A stretch of 63,984 nucleotides of DNA, filler included, from Folioceros fuciformis (taxonomy: Eukaryota), in assembly GCA_049999805.1 (NCBI GenBank). It is 10 parts of 10 records of this genome, joined end to end, with 100 filler letters (N's around TTAATTAATTAA, not from the genome) between each part and the next. Parts side by side here need not be neighbours in the genome. Positions count along the whole stretch, not along the records: positions 27,752 to 42,429 come from JBNGIO010002749.1; positions 42,530 to 59,907 come from JBNGIO010002750.1; 8 more parts are not named here. One strand, 5' to 3'. Both the position numbers and the translations under genes were made by a program. The notes beneath the pieces were generated by a model. The model was given only the letters and a program-made list of their open reading frames with translations. It searched no databases and was not told the origin of the DNA. The first letter of the stretch is position 1, and each line of letters starts with the position of its first letter. Below are positions 36,400-50,929 of the stretch, piece by piece.

Positions 36400-39300
36400 G
36401 ATTTCATCTGCAAAGTCTCAACTGGACGGGAATGAAAAAGTACCATTTATTAAAGAAACAGTGGACATTCCTCCTTGCTAAGTCCTTGATACTTTTCTGA
36501 AACTTGATCACTTAACTCCTTTTTCTTTTCTTTTGTTTCCTGTGGAGTCCATATGGCGAACAGACCCCCTGGAAATGGCAGAGTTTGTTTTTTTGGGTTT
36601 CTGATTGAACTTCTTAGAGGATTGGTTAGAAGATTAGGTTAGATTAGAGGTTAGATTAACGGTGAGTCGATAGGGGTTTGGTGGGATGTGTGGTAGGTAG
36701 GCCACGGGTCTAGGTCCCCTTGGCGAGGGTGTTCAGATGTGTGTGTGGAGTCCTAGATCTGTGAGTAGGAGGCGAGTGGGGTTTCATGGAGCGGGCAGGC
36801 AGTGCACGAGGATGGCTAGCCGGAACACGGCGGACTGATGAGCAGCATGGCAAAACTGCAGCGCTGCTATGCCCCTATGGGTGGGAAGATCCGAGTTACG
36901 ATCCTCTATAGCTGGCCATCTGGAAGGCAGCAGCCCTCAACTGTGGCTTCTACGTCAACTCAACTTGTGCCTGACGGAGGCCGGAAGTCACATTGTGGGC
37001 GTGTGCAGGGAGACTGTCACTCCCCCAACGAGAAGCCGTGGTGAAGGGAGGGTTGAACTCTAGAGACGAGAGGACATTGGAGCGATCCCAGGCAGAGACC
37101 GGGCTGGCATCCCTGGATGAGAGGCCGCCAGTGTGGGGGCAGTTGGTGCTCCAGGTGTGTAGGGCTCCTGGCCTGTTGCCGAAGTTGAGTGGGGCGGGGC
37201 AGGCTCGCGGATTCGGGGAGGCCTAGCTGATGGTTGGCAGGGCCGGTGGTAGCGAATCAGGGTCGAATCCAGGCTAGGCGTGGATCCGGGCTGGGAAGGC
37301 TGGCAGACCAGCTGCAATGGGATCCAGCAGGACAGTCAGCTTGGTCGCCTGGCTGTTAGGAGGATCTGACCAGTCAGCTAGGCAGCACCGCCTGGCCGAG
37401 GGAAAGATTGTTGGCGACGGGAAGACTGGCCAGTCAGCATGCAGGCAACAGCCCAGGGCCGGTCGGGCTGGCAAGCGGATCTAGCTGGCAGCAGACAGGC
37501 AGCCTAGCCGTGGTGGAAGCCAGGCTAGACGGGACCTAGCTGGATCCGAAGGAGGGCCGGGTTAGCAACGTCCCGGTTGCTGAGGGCGGGCAGGCACCCA
37601 GCAGCCCGGACACCTGGCGGTGGGCGCTTGGCTGGATTGCCAGACAGCCGCCTAGTGGGTGGCGGGATCCGGCCGGGCTAGGCTGAAGCAGGCCGGCGGA
37701 GCAGTTTGGCCTGGCTGCTCGACCAGCCGGGCTGGCCGGCCAGTCACGGCTAGAGGTGGCAGCTGAGAAGCCTGGAGCAGCAGGCGGCCAGCCAGAGCGA
37801 GATCCAGGCTAGGCCCGGCTGCTGGAGATCAAGTTGGTTGGCTGGCGATGGCAGCTGCAGGCAGGCATCAGGCAGCCAGCGTGCCGGCTGATGAAAGGTG
37901 ACCCTGTAGGTAGACAGCCGGTAGTGGCTAGCGGGGCCGATGGCTGGAGGATTCATCGGGCTAACAGGCCGGATTCGGAGGCCAGCAGCGGCCCCAACTG
38001 CTTGTGGATGGTCGGGGTGGATCCGGGTAGCCAAGTCGACTAGTTGGACCCTGGCCAGTCAGCGACCTTGCTGAATCGAGGCATGGCAGGCCAAGAAGGC
38101 TGGCGGCTGGTAGGCAGGCGAGCGGGTGCCAGGATCAGGGCCCGGGCGAATCAGGTGGACTAGATCCAAGCGATTGGTTGGCTACCAGGCAAGTAGGCAA
38201 GCGGCCTGGCCTAATCGCCAAGGTAGGCGAACCCAGGCAGGCAGGTGACCTGGCCGAATCGCCAAGGCAAGCAGGTTGGCCGGATCGTCATGGCAGGGCT
38301 GGATCCCGAAGTCAGGCAGCCAAGAGGTCGGCTAGCAGGCGGGTTGCCCGCAAAATCCAGGCAAGTAGGTGGAGCCAAGACGTGCAGAATCGTGCTTAAC
38401 GGGATTCAGGCAGGCAGGAGGCAAGCTGGGGCGGTCGAGTCCTCCAAGCGAATCAAAGGTAGGCGCTAGCGTCCAGGCGCCCGACGCTCCAAGCAAGTAG
38501 GTGCCAGGGTCAGTCTAGCAGGTCGGCGGGTGGTAGAGACTCCAAGTCTTACTTGGATTGCATTCGGTAGGTTGGACCGTGGTGGTTGGTTGGCTGGATC
38601 TGGACAAGTCCCTAGCAAGCGGGGCGCAAGCGGGCCTCGGGCTGATCCAAGCGATGATGGCTAGTAGGTGAGTCTATGGTGGATCAAGGAAGGTGGACTG
38701 GCCAGATGAGTAAGGGCCAGGCACGAGATCCAAGCAGGAGGCCCTTTCTCAAGGGGCTAAGCCAAGCGGGGCAGTTGGGAGGAGGTTCGTGGCTCCAGGG
38801 AAAGAGGCATCAATGTTGTTGTGGACCTTTGGAGCAGTCAACTTGGGTAGCACTGAATGCCTCGTGAACCATGCATTGCTACTTCTGCAACTAGATTGGG
38901 ACCAGAGCAACGCACCTCCCCTACGGGCAGCCAGAGGACATAACTAACATTTGGTTGTCCATCGACGAGCAGCACGTCAGGCTGCTTGCAGGCCGAAGGT
39001 CTAAATACAGACGTTCTACTCGCAGGTAGAGAGCCAGATGGTGGGAACAAGGCTGCTCCTCAAGGGCGTTAGACGGGTAACTGGGTTGGACCATGGGGCC
39101 TCCTTGGCCAGCAGGATGGGGAGTAGACGATAAGAGGAAGGTGGAGGCTTTGAAGGGTTGCAGGATGATTTGAGGGAGGAGAGGAGAGTGTTGAGGAGCA
39201 CTCCAGATTTTTGCTAGTTGTGAGAGGCTGACAATTTTGGACAGAGGGCAACCAGCAGTGTCCAAGGGGGTAACGGGCAATTAGGTGCAAGGGTAGGTTA

Positions 39301-40030
39301 GAGTTAGGCTTGGGTTAGGTTGCGATCAGGACTAGGTCTGACTATGTTTAGGTCTGTTTAGTTTTAGGTCAGACTTGGCTTAGGTTTAGGTCAGAACTGG
39401 GTGTAGGTCAGAGCTAGGTGCGGCTTAGGTCAGAGAGAGACTATTAGGTGGTTGATTGAGGTTAACCCTAGTAGACAGAGATGAAGGGTTGGGTGAAGGC
39501 AATATAAGAGGGCATACCTGCCATTGAGGAGGGGGCAATCTTACGGTGTAATTTCCCTTGACCTTGTGTGCAGACTACCGGATTAGAGTGGCTGGTCCAG
39601 TGTGAGACTAACAAAGGGCATGATCCCCCTTGCCATTAGGGGGATGTGGTCGATCCCTAGACTGCCAACATCCGTGTGGCCGGATCCGCAATGGCTGGTC
39701 ATTTTGCAGGCTAGCTGAGGTGAGGTGGCAGGGCCGTGAGCCAAGAAGGCTATCCAGCCTTGGACCTCATACCTTTGTCTTGAAGGCTACAAGGCGAGAG
39801 GTTGTTGTGTCCTAAATTCTTGGAGTGAGTTGAAGTGAAGTGCTAAAGTGGTAGATGAAATGCTAAAGTGGGAGTGAAGGACTGAAGTGAAGAAGAGAAG
39901 GGCTGAATGATTGAAGTGCTGGAGCATGGGATTGGTATATTGAGCTGAATACAGGACTAGAGATTTTGACCTTTTTGCTGTAGCGTGGTCAGGACTAGGA
40001 ACCGGCTGATAGCTAGGGTGAGATTAGGGA
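36400..40030 (-). mobile_element. GC-rich, decayed retroelement-like internal region
   Basis: Low-complexity CAGGC/CTAG-rich tract, degenerate TTAGG runs at 36615-36660 and 39290-39450, and a weak gag-like EKYQGLSKEECPLFL near 36450-36500. No intact domain. Confidence 0.3.
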
Positions 40031-40139
40031 GTTATAGGCGACCTTGACACTAGTTCACTCCCTTGGGAGCGAACCACAAGACTGCATATAATAAGGGGAA
40101 GTGTGGCCCCTTGGTGGTTCTTGGGAGCAAGAAACCACT

Positions 40140-41045
40140 CCACATTTCCTCATCGTTCTTCTTAAGTCCATGCTCTTCAGCTCGTCGAACCTCCCCTGCA
40201 CAACTTCTACCACTCTTACAGCAACAGTAACTCACCAACTATTTCAATCCAGCCAACTGGGTGCCCGGAGGGTGCACGTTGAGGCTCCTCCTCAGCGCGC
40301 ACCCTTTAGGCATGGAGGCGTGCCCGATTTGTGGCCCGGTGAGAGCGCTCTGCCCTGAACGCCTTGGCCGCGTGGGAGTGGAGATTTTTAATTCAATTAC
40401 ATTGTATCTCTTCTGCCTAAGAACTATTGATTCTTATCAGAGTTTTGTGGCGGCGATCGGGATTTTCAGCCACTTCAGCAGAACCTGTTACAGACGCACA
40501 AGTTTTCTAGGGAAGAGTTGCGGCAATTGCGAGCGGAGACGGAAAGGGAAGTCAAAGGACTTGCGACAAAGATCGTTGTGCGGGTAGTAGAGAGAGCCGA
40601 GCTTGCAATGTTGTTGAAGGATTTGCGAACAAGGGAGGTGGAGAAGAGGAGTCAATTGGAGGAGATTGATTCCATGGGGTTGCTGTTCGAAGGGGGAGCA
40701 ACTTCTGTTTTCAGTACACTCAAAGGCAGACAATTGGATGTCGCCTATGAGGTGATAACTAGGCAGTATCAGCAGCTTAAAAAGAGCGAGTGGCCGTAGG
40801 CGAAGGGTGGAGTTGGGAGCAAGCGAAAAGCCTTAGAGGGACCTAAACGGGTTGAAGATTATTACGATCGGGACCCACCTAGGAGGAGCTCAAGCTATCA
40901 AGCCGGAAGAGGATGGACGTATCAAAGAGGCTTTGCAAGATGGAACGTTGGTGAGGGTGCAGTGACTGGGGATCTTCCTGTGAGAAGGTCTAAGAGGCTT
41001 AAGTTAGAAAAGTTTGTGTCTGAAGCTGTAGTTGGTCATGTTACC
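40140..41045. mobile_element. Second, rearranged copy of the 18721-22270 element family
   Basis: 40518-40799 (+) encodes REVEKRSQLEEI...GGATSVFSTLKGRQLDVAYEVITR, matching 20520-20700 (-). 40195-40250 matches 20081-20130 on the same strand. Confidence 0.85.
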
Positions 41046-41396
41046 GTGAAAACGATAAGTAGCAGTAGTGAAGGAGGGTCTGCAACATAGAGATAGCCCA
41101 GTAGTGAAGCGAGGTTAAAGTTTTGTTTGTGTGTAAAAGCTCCTTGGAAATATTAAGTGGAAAGTCATCTGGGGCAAATATGCAGAGATTCATCAAAACT
41201 CCACAGTTAAGCACCCCAGGCTCGGATGGGTATTGGGCGGGGAGACCTATGAGTGTGCCTTTTGAAAAATAAAGGCCTAAAAAATAATAGGCCAAGAGAT
41301 GAGCCGAAACGGGTATATTCTAGCTTTAACTGCCCTGTCTACCTATTAGCGGATAGCCAAGGGTAGGTGTGGCCGTTAGGCCGGTCGCGCCCCAAC

Positions 41397-42429
41397 TGTT
41401 AATAATAAGGGGTTATTTTAGTATAACCTACCTTAGGGTTAATTAACCATAGTTATGAAAAGACACTTTGTATATAATACCTTTTTTTGGTTGAGTTTAA
41501 TTAATTGTCATTTTTATGCAACTTGTGCACTAGCATCTTTTCTTCTAGCATGGTATCAGAGCCCATGCATTTTTATCTAGTAGTCCTATGGCTAATTGTA
41601 GAAGAAGATTGTCTCTACTTCTATTGTCTAGCATAGAGTGCTACTTAGAGTGTTAAAATGCATTTATGCTAGTGAATTTTGTGCAGGATGATGAGGAGAA
41701 GGGGAAGCTATTGTTCTTCTAGCTTCAGGCCCTCACAAGGCCAAAGATTGCAGAGAGAGCAGCAATCCCCACTACAGTCACCTACATTCTACTCTACAAA
41801 CCCACAGTTTCACTGTGCTAGGGGTAGTAGGTGCCCACCTCCTCGCTTGCATCCTGCACAACACAATTCCCACAAAATTGCTGCTGAGAGGGTCTATTCA
41901 GGTGCTGGAGATATTCAGAGGTGTCTTCTCCAACAAATGAACAACAGGCTGGTTTGGCTTGATCAAGTACCTGAAAGAATTGAGGCTTTGGAGGATCGTT
42001 TGGAATTTTTGCTGTTAATTTTGCAAGATGTTTCTGCAACAGTTAATAGATTGTATGAATTTCAAATTGCACCTGCACAGTCTACTTCTAATCAGTCCAA
42101 TTTTGCTAATTTTCAAGCAAATTTGGGTCATTAATCTAGTTGATACCTTCAGATAGCAAAAGCCACAGCCTGTCCTGAAAGGTTGTGATGAAAGGGTGCC
42201 TGCAAAAAGCACCAGCAACTGCTAAAGTTAGTTCCTTTTGATTGGTTGGCAGTTAGGGTTTTGGCCTTTAATTTAATTTAATTCTATTTTAATTAAATTA
42301 GGGTAGCTTTTCACATTGAATGGGTCTTTTGCTTACCTCACATGCCTCTTCATGTGTTTGTAGTGCTAGGCCTCTTCATATCTGCTCCTTTTTCCACTTT
42401 GTCTGCACATGTCTGCTTTAGATCAGCTT
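41397..42429 (+). mobile_element. LTR element 5' end: short LTR (~41397-41550), tRNA-iMet PBS and downstream ORF
   Basis: TGTTAA...CTAGCA is followed directly by TGGTATCAGAGCC (41551-41563). The LTR start is inferred. Confidence 0.65.
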
Positions 42430-42529
42430 NNNNNNNNNNNNNNNNNNNNNNNNNNNNNNNNNNNNNNNNNNNNTTAATTAATTAANNNNNNNNNNNNNNN
42501 NNNNNNNNNNNNNNNNNNNNNNNNNNNNN
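42430..42529. other. Artificial contig spacer
   Basis: N44-TTAATTAATTAA-N44. Confidence 0.99.
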
Positions 42530-42710
42530 TTGATCAATCAAGTTGGAGTTGGTTTGATCAATCAAGTTGGAGTTGGTTTGATCAATCAAGTTGTGGAAAA
42601 TATACTGTTAAGAGTTGGTTTGAAGTCGGAGTTGGTTTGATCAATCAAGTTGTGGAAAATAAACTGTTAAGAGTTGGTTTGATCATCAAGTTGTGGAAAA
42701 TAAACTATTA
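42530..42710. repeat. Tandem repeat
   Basis: GAGTTGGTTTGATCAATCAAGTTG variants, about 5 copies. Confidence 0.9.
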
Positions 42711-42823
42711 ATATTGGTACCCAGTGTAACATTTCAGATAATTTCTAACATGCTTCTGTTTCTAAAACTATCTTGTTAACCGAACAAGAAAACATTCTCG
42801 AACAAGAAGCAACCAACCCCAAA

Positions 42824-44394
<1,571 letters not shown>

Positions 44395-44825
44395 TGTGGA
44401 CGTCTCTTTAGCACAAAGGCGAACGTCGAGCAAGAAGTGAAAGCTTCCAAGTGTGCTACACTGCAATGTCATGCACTATTTAAATCACGGTCCCAGATCA
44501 GTGACTCCTGGTACAATGTATGTAGTCGCGAATCAACTTTTGCATAGAGATGGATTGTGTGGTTTTTGTTTTGTCCGTTTGTGGGCTGCTTATGGCGATA
44601 ATGCTGCTTATTCTTGTGGGAAGAGACCTGAGCCATTAATGGAATACCGATTGGGACGGGGCTACACACTGATGGTTTTTTTAAAATATTAGTTCTATGA
44701 GAATATACTATGGCATCTCAAAAATATTCCCGTAGTTAAAAAGAACAAATCCTTTGTTCTTTATTTCGATTCATACAAAGTGTTTTAAGTCATAAACACA
44801 GTGTTTTAATTCGTCCCGATGGAGA

Positions 44826-44960
44826 CTGCCGTGAGTAAGGGCTCCCGATGAACACCGCCGTGAGGGGTCCGATTGACACTACCGTGAGTGAGGGCTCGCG
44901 ATTGACACCACCGTAAGTGAGGGCTCCCCATTGACACCGCCGTGAGGGCTCCCGATTGAC
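44826..44960. repeat. GC-rich ~25-29-bp tandem repeat x5
   Basis: ACCGCCGTGAGGGCTCCCGATTGAC variants in the divergent AER/MraY intergenic region. Confidence 0.85.
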
Positions 44961-45718
44961 GTGCGTTGGTGTCCGTGACATTGCCTCCGTTGCTGCCGCC
45001 CGTTGTTGCGCGTCGCCCTGTCTGCCGCGGGTGGCACCTCGCCCCTTCCGAATCGGTCGAAAGGGCCCTGACCGTATCGCTATTCCATAGCCATTCAAAC
45101 CAGGATGAGGGCCAGCTTGCCAAGTACGTGGAATTTGTTAGATCCTATGTCTGCTCCATGTCTCAAGGAAAGAAGCATGACCTGAAACTAATGTATGAAC
45201 CAAAATGCGTCCGACTACGGTAGAGGTGATCTCTCTGATTAAAACGAAGCTGCAGGACACGACAATGACGATGTTAGTCACGGGGCCATAAGCCCAATTG
45301 CCTGAGGCATCTGCGACTGGAGCACAGGATGATACCTCTCTTAGCGTCCAGGGCTCCCCATGATGCCTCTGCATGGTACCAGGTACTGGTGGGCTTGAAC
45401 GTCCATGGCAGATTCTGGGAGTTGACGATCGTGATGAACACTCTGGCTCCGTCAGTGGCACGCGCGATAGCGTGCCACTGTCGACAGTGAGAAGCAGGAG
45501 TGCCTCTCTGGAGTCTTCGTTTCTGCAACGGGCCGTTGGACAGTTGGGATTCCGGGTCATCATCAAGCAAGCCTATGTACAGGCGCTGCATCCTCCCAGA
45601 ATGTTCAGGGCCACCATGCTGGAGTTGGCCCTGATGACAGGGGCAACGCAGCGAGAAGCAAGGCCAGCCGTCTGAGGTTGGTGTGCTGTCCTGGATTTTG
45701 TCCTGACGTCCTGGTACA

Positions 45719-48007
45719 ATGGCCTCCTCATGCCCGGTCACGGTGAAGCACACAGCTGTGAACGCCGTCAAGAGCAGCAGCTGGAAACCGCCTAAGAGTG
45801 GCGTAAGCGTGAGAGTGTGTGTATGTGCTACAAGGTCTGGGTTGGAAGTTAAGGTACGATGATGGAAGGCACATGTGACTGAGACCAAGGGCTCTGTCTT
45901 ACGTATGTCAAATGTTCTGGGCCGAGTGCGTTGCTTCGCAGTGGGTGGCTTGCTGATTCTGAGACATCCAAGCTTTATCTCGTGAGCTGCAGGCAGTCTG
46001 TGTTAGGAACCGGTGGCATTGGCAAGGTTCCACTTTCTCTGCTAGTCAAAGGAAGGAACCTGCTTATCGGCAGGTTCATGCCCGGGTGAGTATTTCCTAC
46101 GCATACATGACTGCCACTGCAGACCTAGCCCTGATGGTGGTCCTATCCTGTTTCTGCTCACACAGTCTCTTGTTTGTAAACAGTATGGCGACGACTTGAC
46201 CTCTTTTGACTCGCCATCGGATGTTGATGATCCGCGATCTGGTTACTCAAGTGCAGAGGAGGAGGACAAGCAGCCCGATTTGGATTTGGCAGATGCTCGA
46301 GATGATGGAGAGTTGTCTAGGGCTCAGAAAGAGGGCCAAGCAAAAGCAGCTGAGAAAGGAACCATGTCGTCTGCATTTTATGAAGTGTCGTCAATCGCTT
46401 CTGGTGGACACAAGGAAAGGTAAAATGCAAAGCCCTGGGTCCTGCACGTTCCCAAATTTAGCAGGCATTTGTCTGTGGTTCATCTGTGTCCTGAGGGCTA
46501 TGCAGGTGTGGAAGTGGGATCGGTGTCTGTTCTTATGTTGGTTGTTTCGTTTCCATTGTATAGGGTTGGAGAAGGCATCTGGCTTACTGCCTTGCTGTCT
46601 GTTTCCTTGTGCGGCACCCTGCTGTTATTTGATTCGTACATCTGGCGAGTAATTCGGAGACCCCTGGCCTCACTGTACCTCACGTATCCATTTGTTCTGT
46701 CTGCCATTCTCACAGGATACCTCGGTTACATTTCTGTGCCACTCTTGAAGAGAATAAAAGCTCGTCAGATTTTTCGTGAGGAAATTCAATCATCTCACCT
46801 TTCCAAGGTTGGAACTCCTACAATGGGAGGCTTATTCTTTGTGCCAGTGGGTATTGGCGTTGCCAGACTCGTTACAGGTTTTGCCTCCAATGAGATTTTA
46901 GGAGTAGCTGTGGCTACTTTTGGCTTCGCAGCCATAGGCCTCCTGGATGACGGGCTTACAGCTTGGCGCAATGCCAAATATGGTCTTCCAGGTTGGATGA
47001 AGTTTGTATTGCAGGTGATTTGCAACTGTGTGAAGAAAAGGCTTTTGGTTGCTTCTGTTGGTAAAACATCCTGTCACTTATTCTGCCTAGAGCTTGAATA
47101 TAGGTGGCATGTGGAACATGGTTCGCGTTCTGGCTGGACTCTGCTGGATTACCATCCCCATATAAGATGTGAGTTTGGACCTTGTAACCACTAAGACCAT
47201 TCAATACAGGTGGATGACTGCAATTTCTAATTTACAGATGGTGCTGCTGCCAGGAAGACGCTGGTCCCATTGCCACCTCCTCTAGGCCTGTGGTACTGTG
47301 GCAAGTGGTATCTGCCACTGACAGTGTTCTGCTTCGCTGCCATGAGCAACGGTGTGAACTTAACAGATGGTCTGGACGGGCTTGCAGCGGGCACTGCTGC
47401 AATAGCTTTCACAGGCATGGCAATAGCTGTGCTCCCGATATACCCTGGTAAACAGTACTCCTGAGCTTCGTGTGCAAGTGTTGTTTACACCAATCTCTCA
47501 CCATGTGTTGAGGTAATCTTTGCCTGCGTCCAGCACTGGGAGTGTTCGGAGCATCCATGGCAGGAGCCTGTGTGGGTTTCCTAGTCCACAACCGCTACAA
47601 AGCCACCGTTTTCATGGGTGATACTGGATCACTAGCTTTGGGAGCAGGCTTAGCAGCCATGGCAGCCTGCACGGGCATGTTTTTGCCCCTTTTCATTGCA
47701 TCAGGCGTCTTCGTAATCGAAACAGTGTCCGTTGTGGGACAGGTAACCAACCCCCTTCCTACACCCTGGCTCCCTCCTTGTGTTGCTCCTAAGATCATGT
47801 GCCAACAGCATCGTGAACCTGCAGGTGGGTTTCTTCAAATTCACAAAGAGGATGTATGGACAAGGCCGCCGATGGCTCCGAATGGCACCCTTCCACCACC
47901 ACTTAGAACTTGTGGGCATGAAAGAGCCTTACATCATTGCAGTAGCTTACGCCCTTGCCATCTGCCTCGCCTTTGCAGCAGCGTACGTGGCTCTGATAAG
48001 TGCGTGA
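45719..48007 (+). CDS. mraY: Plastid phospho-N-acetylmuramoyl-pentapeptide transferase; exons 45719-45853, 45993-46085, 46184-46419, 46564-47014, 47104-47168, 47254-47447, 47534-47742, 47825-48007
   Basis: [45 protein letters not shown] and MAPFHHHLE signatures. The MASS... Ser/Lys-rich N-terminus looks like a transit peptide; the first two exons are less certain. Confidence 0.93.
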
Positions 48008-48856
48008 CGCCACGCCTGGGCAAGGTTGTAAACTTCCAAGCTATCAATCATGGAGATCGCCACATCTACGAATAAACTCCAACAGGTCACTTCAAAGGAG
48101 CGACTACTTTTTGTGATGTTTCGGCAGAATCCAACCCAATCTACCGTGTAGCCTAGAAGACACTGACCGAGTCAAATTGATTCGTTTTCTATTTTTAGGA
48201 GCCCGGATTTATTTTCGGTCAATGTTATCAAGTAGACCTTGACCCCAGGTGGCAGGGCTGATATACACATGTACAGTGCTCTCAGATATTTTATTAAAAG
48301 CGTAGAATCATTTATACTCTCTATTGAAGTTTTTAAACCTTGTTTAATATTTTAAAATAAGCACGGAACTCGCGTGCGGCCCCGGGCCTTAAGGCAGTGG
48401 TTGACATTTACCGGGTGACTCGGACAGTCAGGGAAGTTTCATGCAGTTTTCCTGTCTTTCTGGTGATATTTATTATCTTAATATTTTAATGTAAATATCC
48501 TCAAATAAACCTGAAAGGTGCTGTGTGGCACGTGACAAGTTCTATCCACTATCTCATGCATCCCCATTCATAGTCCACCTCTATCCGCCACATATCCAAA
48601 ACTTCACCAAAATTGCCCATCGTTCTATGGGAAGATGTGGGGTTTAATAAGAGCCTGTTAAGGAAAGGAGGTCTAGAGTTTGAGGCTTGTAGAAATTTTA
48701 TTATGAACTTTATGATGAAAGTTCTTGAGCTTATAAGGTTGTTGATTTGAACCATGAAAGGAGGAAGTCTTGAGGTACAAAGTGTTGTGAATGTTGGTCT
48801 CACATAACTAGAGTCGCCTTATGTGGTAAAGTGGAATTTCCTCAAGTGCTATTAGC

Positions 48857-49007
48857 TTAGATTGTAGGGCCTATCTATCTATCTATGCGTCTCGGTGTCT
48901 TAGATTGTAGGGCCTATCTATCTATCTATCCATCTATCTATGAGTCTCGGTGTCTTAGATTGTAAGGCCTATCTATCTATCTATCCATCTATCTATGAGT
49001 CTCGGTA
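48857..49007. repeat. Tandem repeat x3 with (TCTA)n core
   Basis: TTAGATTGTAGGGCCTATCTATCTATC...GTCTCGGT three times. Confidence 0.85.
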
Positions 49008-49741
49008 TTCTCATGTGTGAAAGCACATGGAAATCGTTAAGTGGTAGGAAGAAGATTTTGATGAGTTTTTATAGCATAGATTGTAAGGCCTATCAAAGAC
49101 ATCTATAACAGCATAGATTTATGCATATGGCATGATCAATCCATATGGCCTAAGAGAGGCTAGGTATAAAAGTGTGCATTAGGGGAGTCTAGGAAGTGAG
49201 TATCATTTTTAAGATTAAGAAAATAAAGGCTTTATTATGGAAAAATAAATGTGATGACCCATGTATCTCGAGTTGTTGTTTATCTTGTAATTGCTTACCG
49301 CATTAAGCATGTCATTTTAGAATTGGGAATAGGAAAGAACTTTTGTCCACTTGTTGTTATCTACAAGTAGAGAAGTTGCAGGTTAAGACAAGTTTGACTC
49401 AGGCCTCCGGAATGCGCGTGCAAATCTCAAGGCTTCGTCATCCGGAGAGAAAACTTCTGTCTTCAGCAAGAATGCAAATGGGGCGAGAAAGAGGAAGGTT
49501 CGGACATGCGGTGCCATGCGAGTCTCCAGTCATCGATGAAGGAACAAAACTGCCTGTATGTGGCAAGAAAATATCTCGCGAAAAAACCACAAGCTGCACT
49601 TCGGTCGTAATGTAATGCCTACAACGCCTCATTATGTTGTCACAAGACATTGCATGAGCTGAATCCGCTCGATAAATGGGAACCTAAAACCTGCCTCCCT
49701 ACTACACTAAATGCTGCCACCAGGGAAGAGATGGATGCTGA

Positions 49742-50929
49742 TCAAGCCTCCACCTTCTTCTCCCACTTGAGGGGCTTCACCACTTCCCAGGTGAAGTCCG
49801 GATCAGATCTACCAAAATGACCATAAGCCGCAGTCTTCTGAAACCGCTTGTTGCCTCCCCTCTTCAGATCCAGGTTGATGGTGATGAGGCCGGGCCTGAA
49901 GTCGAACGACTCCTTCACAATCTTGAGGATCTCAGGATCTGAGATCTTGCCTGTCCCGTAGGTGTCCACAAACACGGACAACGGTTCCGGCACTCCGATG
50001 GCATACGACACCTGCACAAGCGCCCGGCGGGCAAGCCCGGAGGCCACAATGCTCTTGGCCGCCTGCCTCACGATGTAGGCCCCCGATCTATCCACCTTGG
50101 TAGGGTCCTTTCCGGAGAAGGCACCCCCTCCGTGAGCACCCCAGCCGCCGTAAGTGTCAATGATGATCTTCCTGCCGGTGAGCCCGGCGTCCCCGTGCGG
50201 ACCTCCAATGACGAACCTCCCCGACGGATTGAGGTGGAAGATGGTGTTCTCGTCCAGGTACTTCTCCGGGATAACAGGCTTGATCACATGCTCCCTCAAA
50301 TCGGCCGCAATTTGGTCGTTGGTGACGCTCTCGTCGTGCTGCGTGGAAATAAGGACGGTGTGCACCCGCAGCGGCACCATGGCGCCTCCCTCGTTCCGAT
50401 ACTCCACAGTCACCTGCGTCTTGCCGTCGGGCCTGAGCCAGCCGCAGACAGCGTTCTTGCGCACCTCCGTGAGCTTGGCTCCCAGCTGCGTGGCCAGGAC
50501 GTGGGACAGAGGCATCAGCTCCTCCGTCTCGTCTGTGGCGTAGCCGAACATGTGGCCCTGGTCTCCCGCTCCGATCTCCTCCGGCTTCTTGGTGAAGTGG
50601 CCGTGCACTCCCTGCGCAATGTCAGGGCTCTGCTGCTCGATGTTCACCAACACTTTGCAGTGGTCCGCATCCAGCCCAACCGCGTCCGACACGAACCCGA
50701 TCTCGCGGCACGTGTCCCGCACGATCTTCTCGTAGTCAACGTTGGCCTTGGTGGTGATCTCTCCAAACACCATCACCATGTTGGTTTTGGTGCACGTCTC
50801 GCATGCCACCTTGCTGTCTGGGTCCTGCTCCAGGCAGGCATCCAGAACCGCGTCCGAGATCTGATCGCACAGCTTGTCCGGGTGCCCCTCGTTCACCGAC
50901 TCGGATGTGAAAAGGAACGTCTCGGCCAT
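49742..50929 (-). CDS. SAMS: S-adenosylmethionine synthetase (395 aa, intronless CDS)
   Basis: [65 protein letters not shown]. Confidence 0.98.
   Translation of the reverse strand: MAETFLFTSESVNEGHPDKLCDQISDAVLDACLEQDPDSKVACETCTKTNMVMVFGEITTKANVDYEKIVRDTCREIGFVSDAVGLDADHCKVLVNIEQQSPDIAQGVHGHFTKKPEEIGAGDQGHMFGYATDETEELMPLSHVLATQLGAKLTEVRKNAVCGWLRPDGKTQVTVEYRNEGGAMVPLRVHTVLISTQHDESVTNDQIAADLREHVIKPVIPEKYLDENTIFHLNPSGRFVIGGPHGDAGLTGRKIIIDTYGGWGAHGGGAFSGKDPTKVDRSGAYIVRQAAKSIVASGLARRALVQVSYAIGVPEPLSVFVDTYGTGKISDPEILKIVKESFDFRPGLITINLDLKRGGNKRFQKTAAYGHFGRSDPDFTWEVVKPLKWEKKVEA

Noticed and set aside
39290..39470. Possible interstitial telomere (also 17835-17900)
   Set aside because: Only scattered degenerate TTAGG motifs, with no regular TTTAGGG array.
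45100..45300. Kinase subdomain XI-like RPTTVEVISLIK fragment
   Set aside because: Needs a frameshift and has no other kinase motifs; too weak.
48361..48395. Hairpin resembling a Helitron 3' end
   Set aside because: No CTRR terminus at the expected spacing and no other Helitron evidence.
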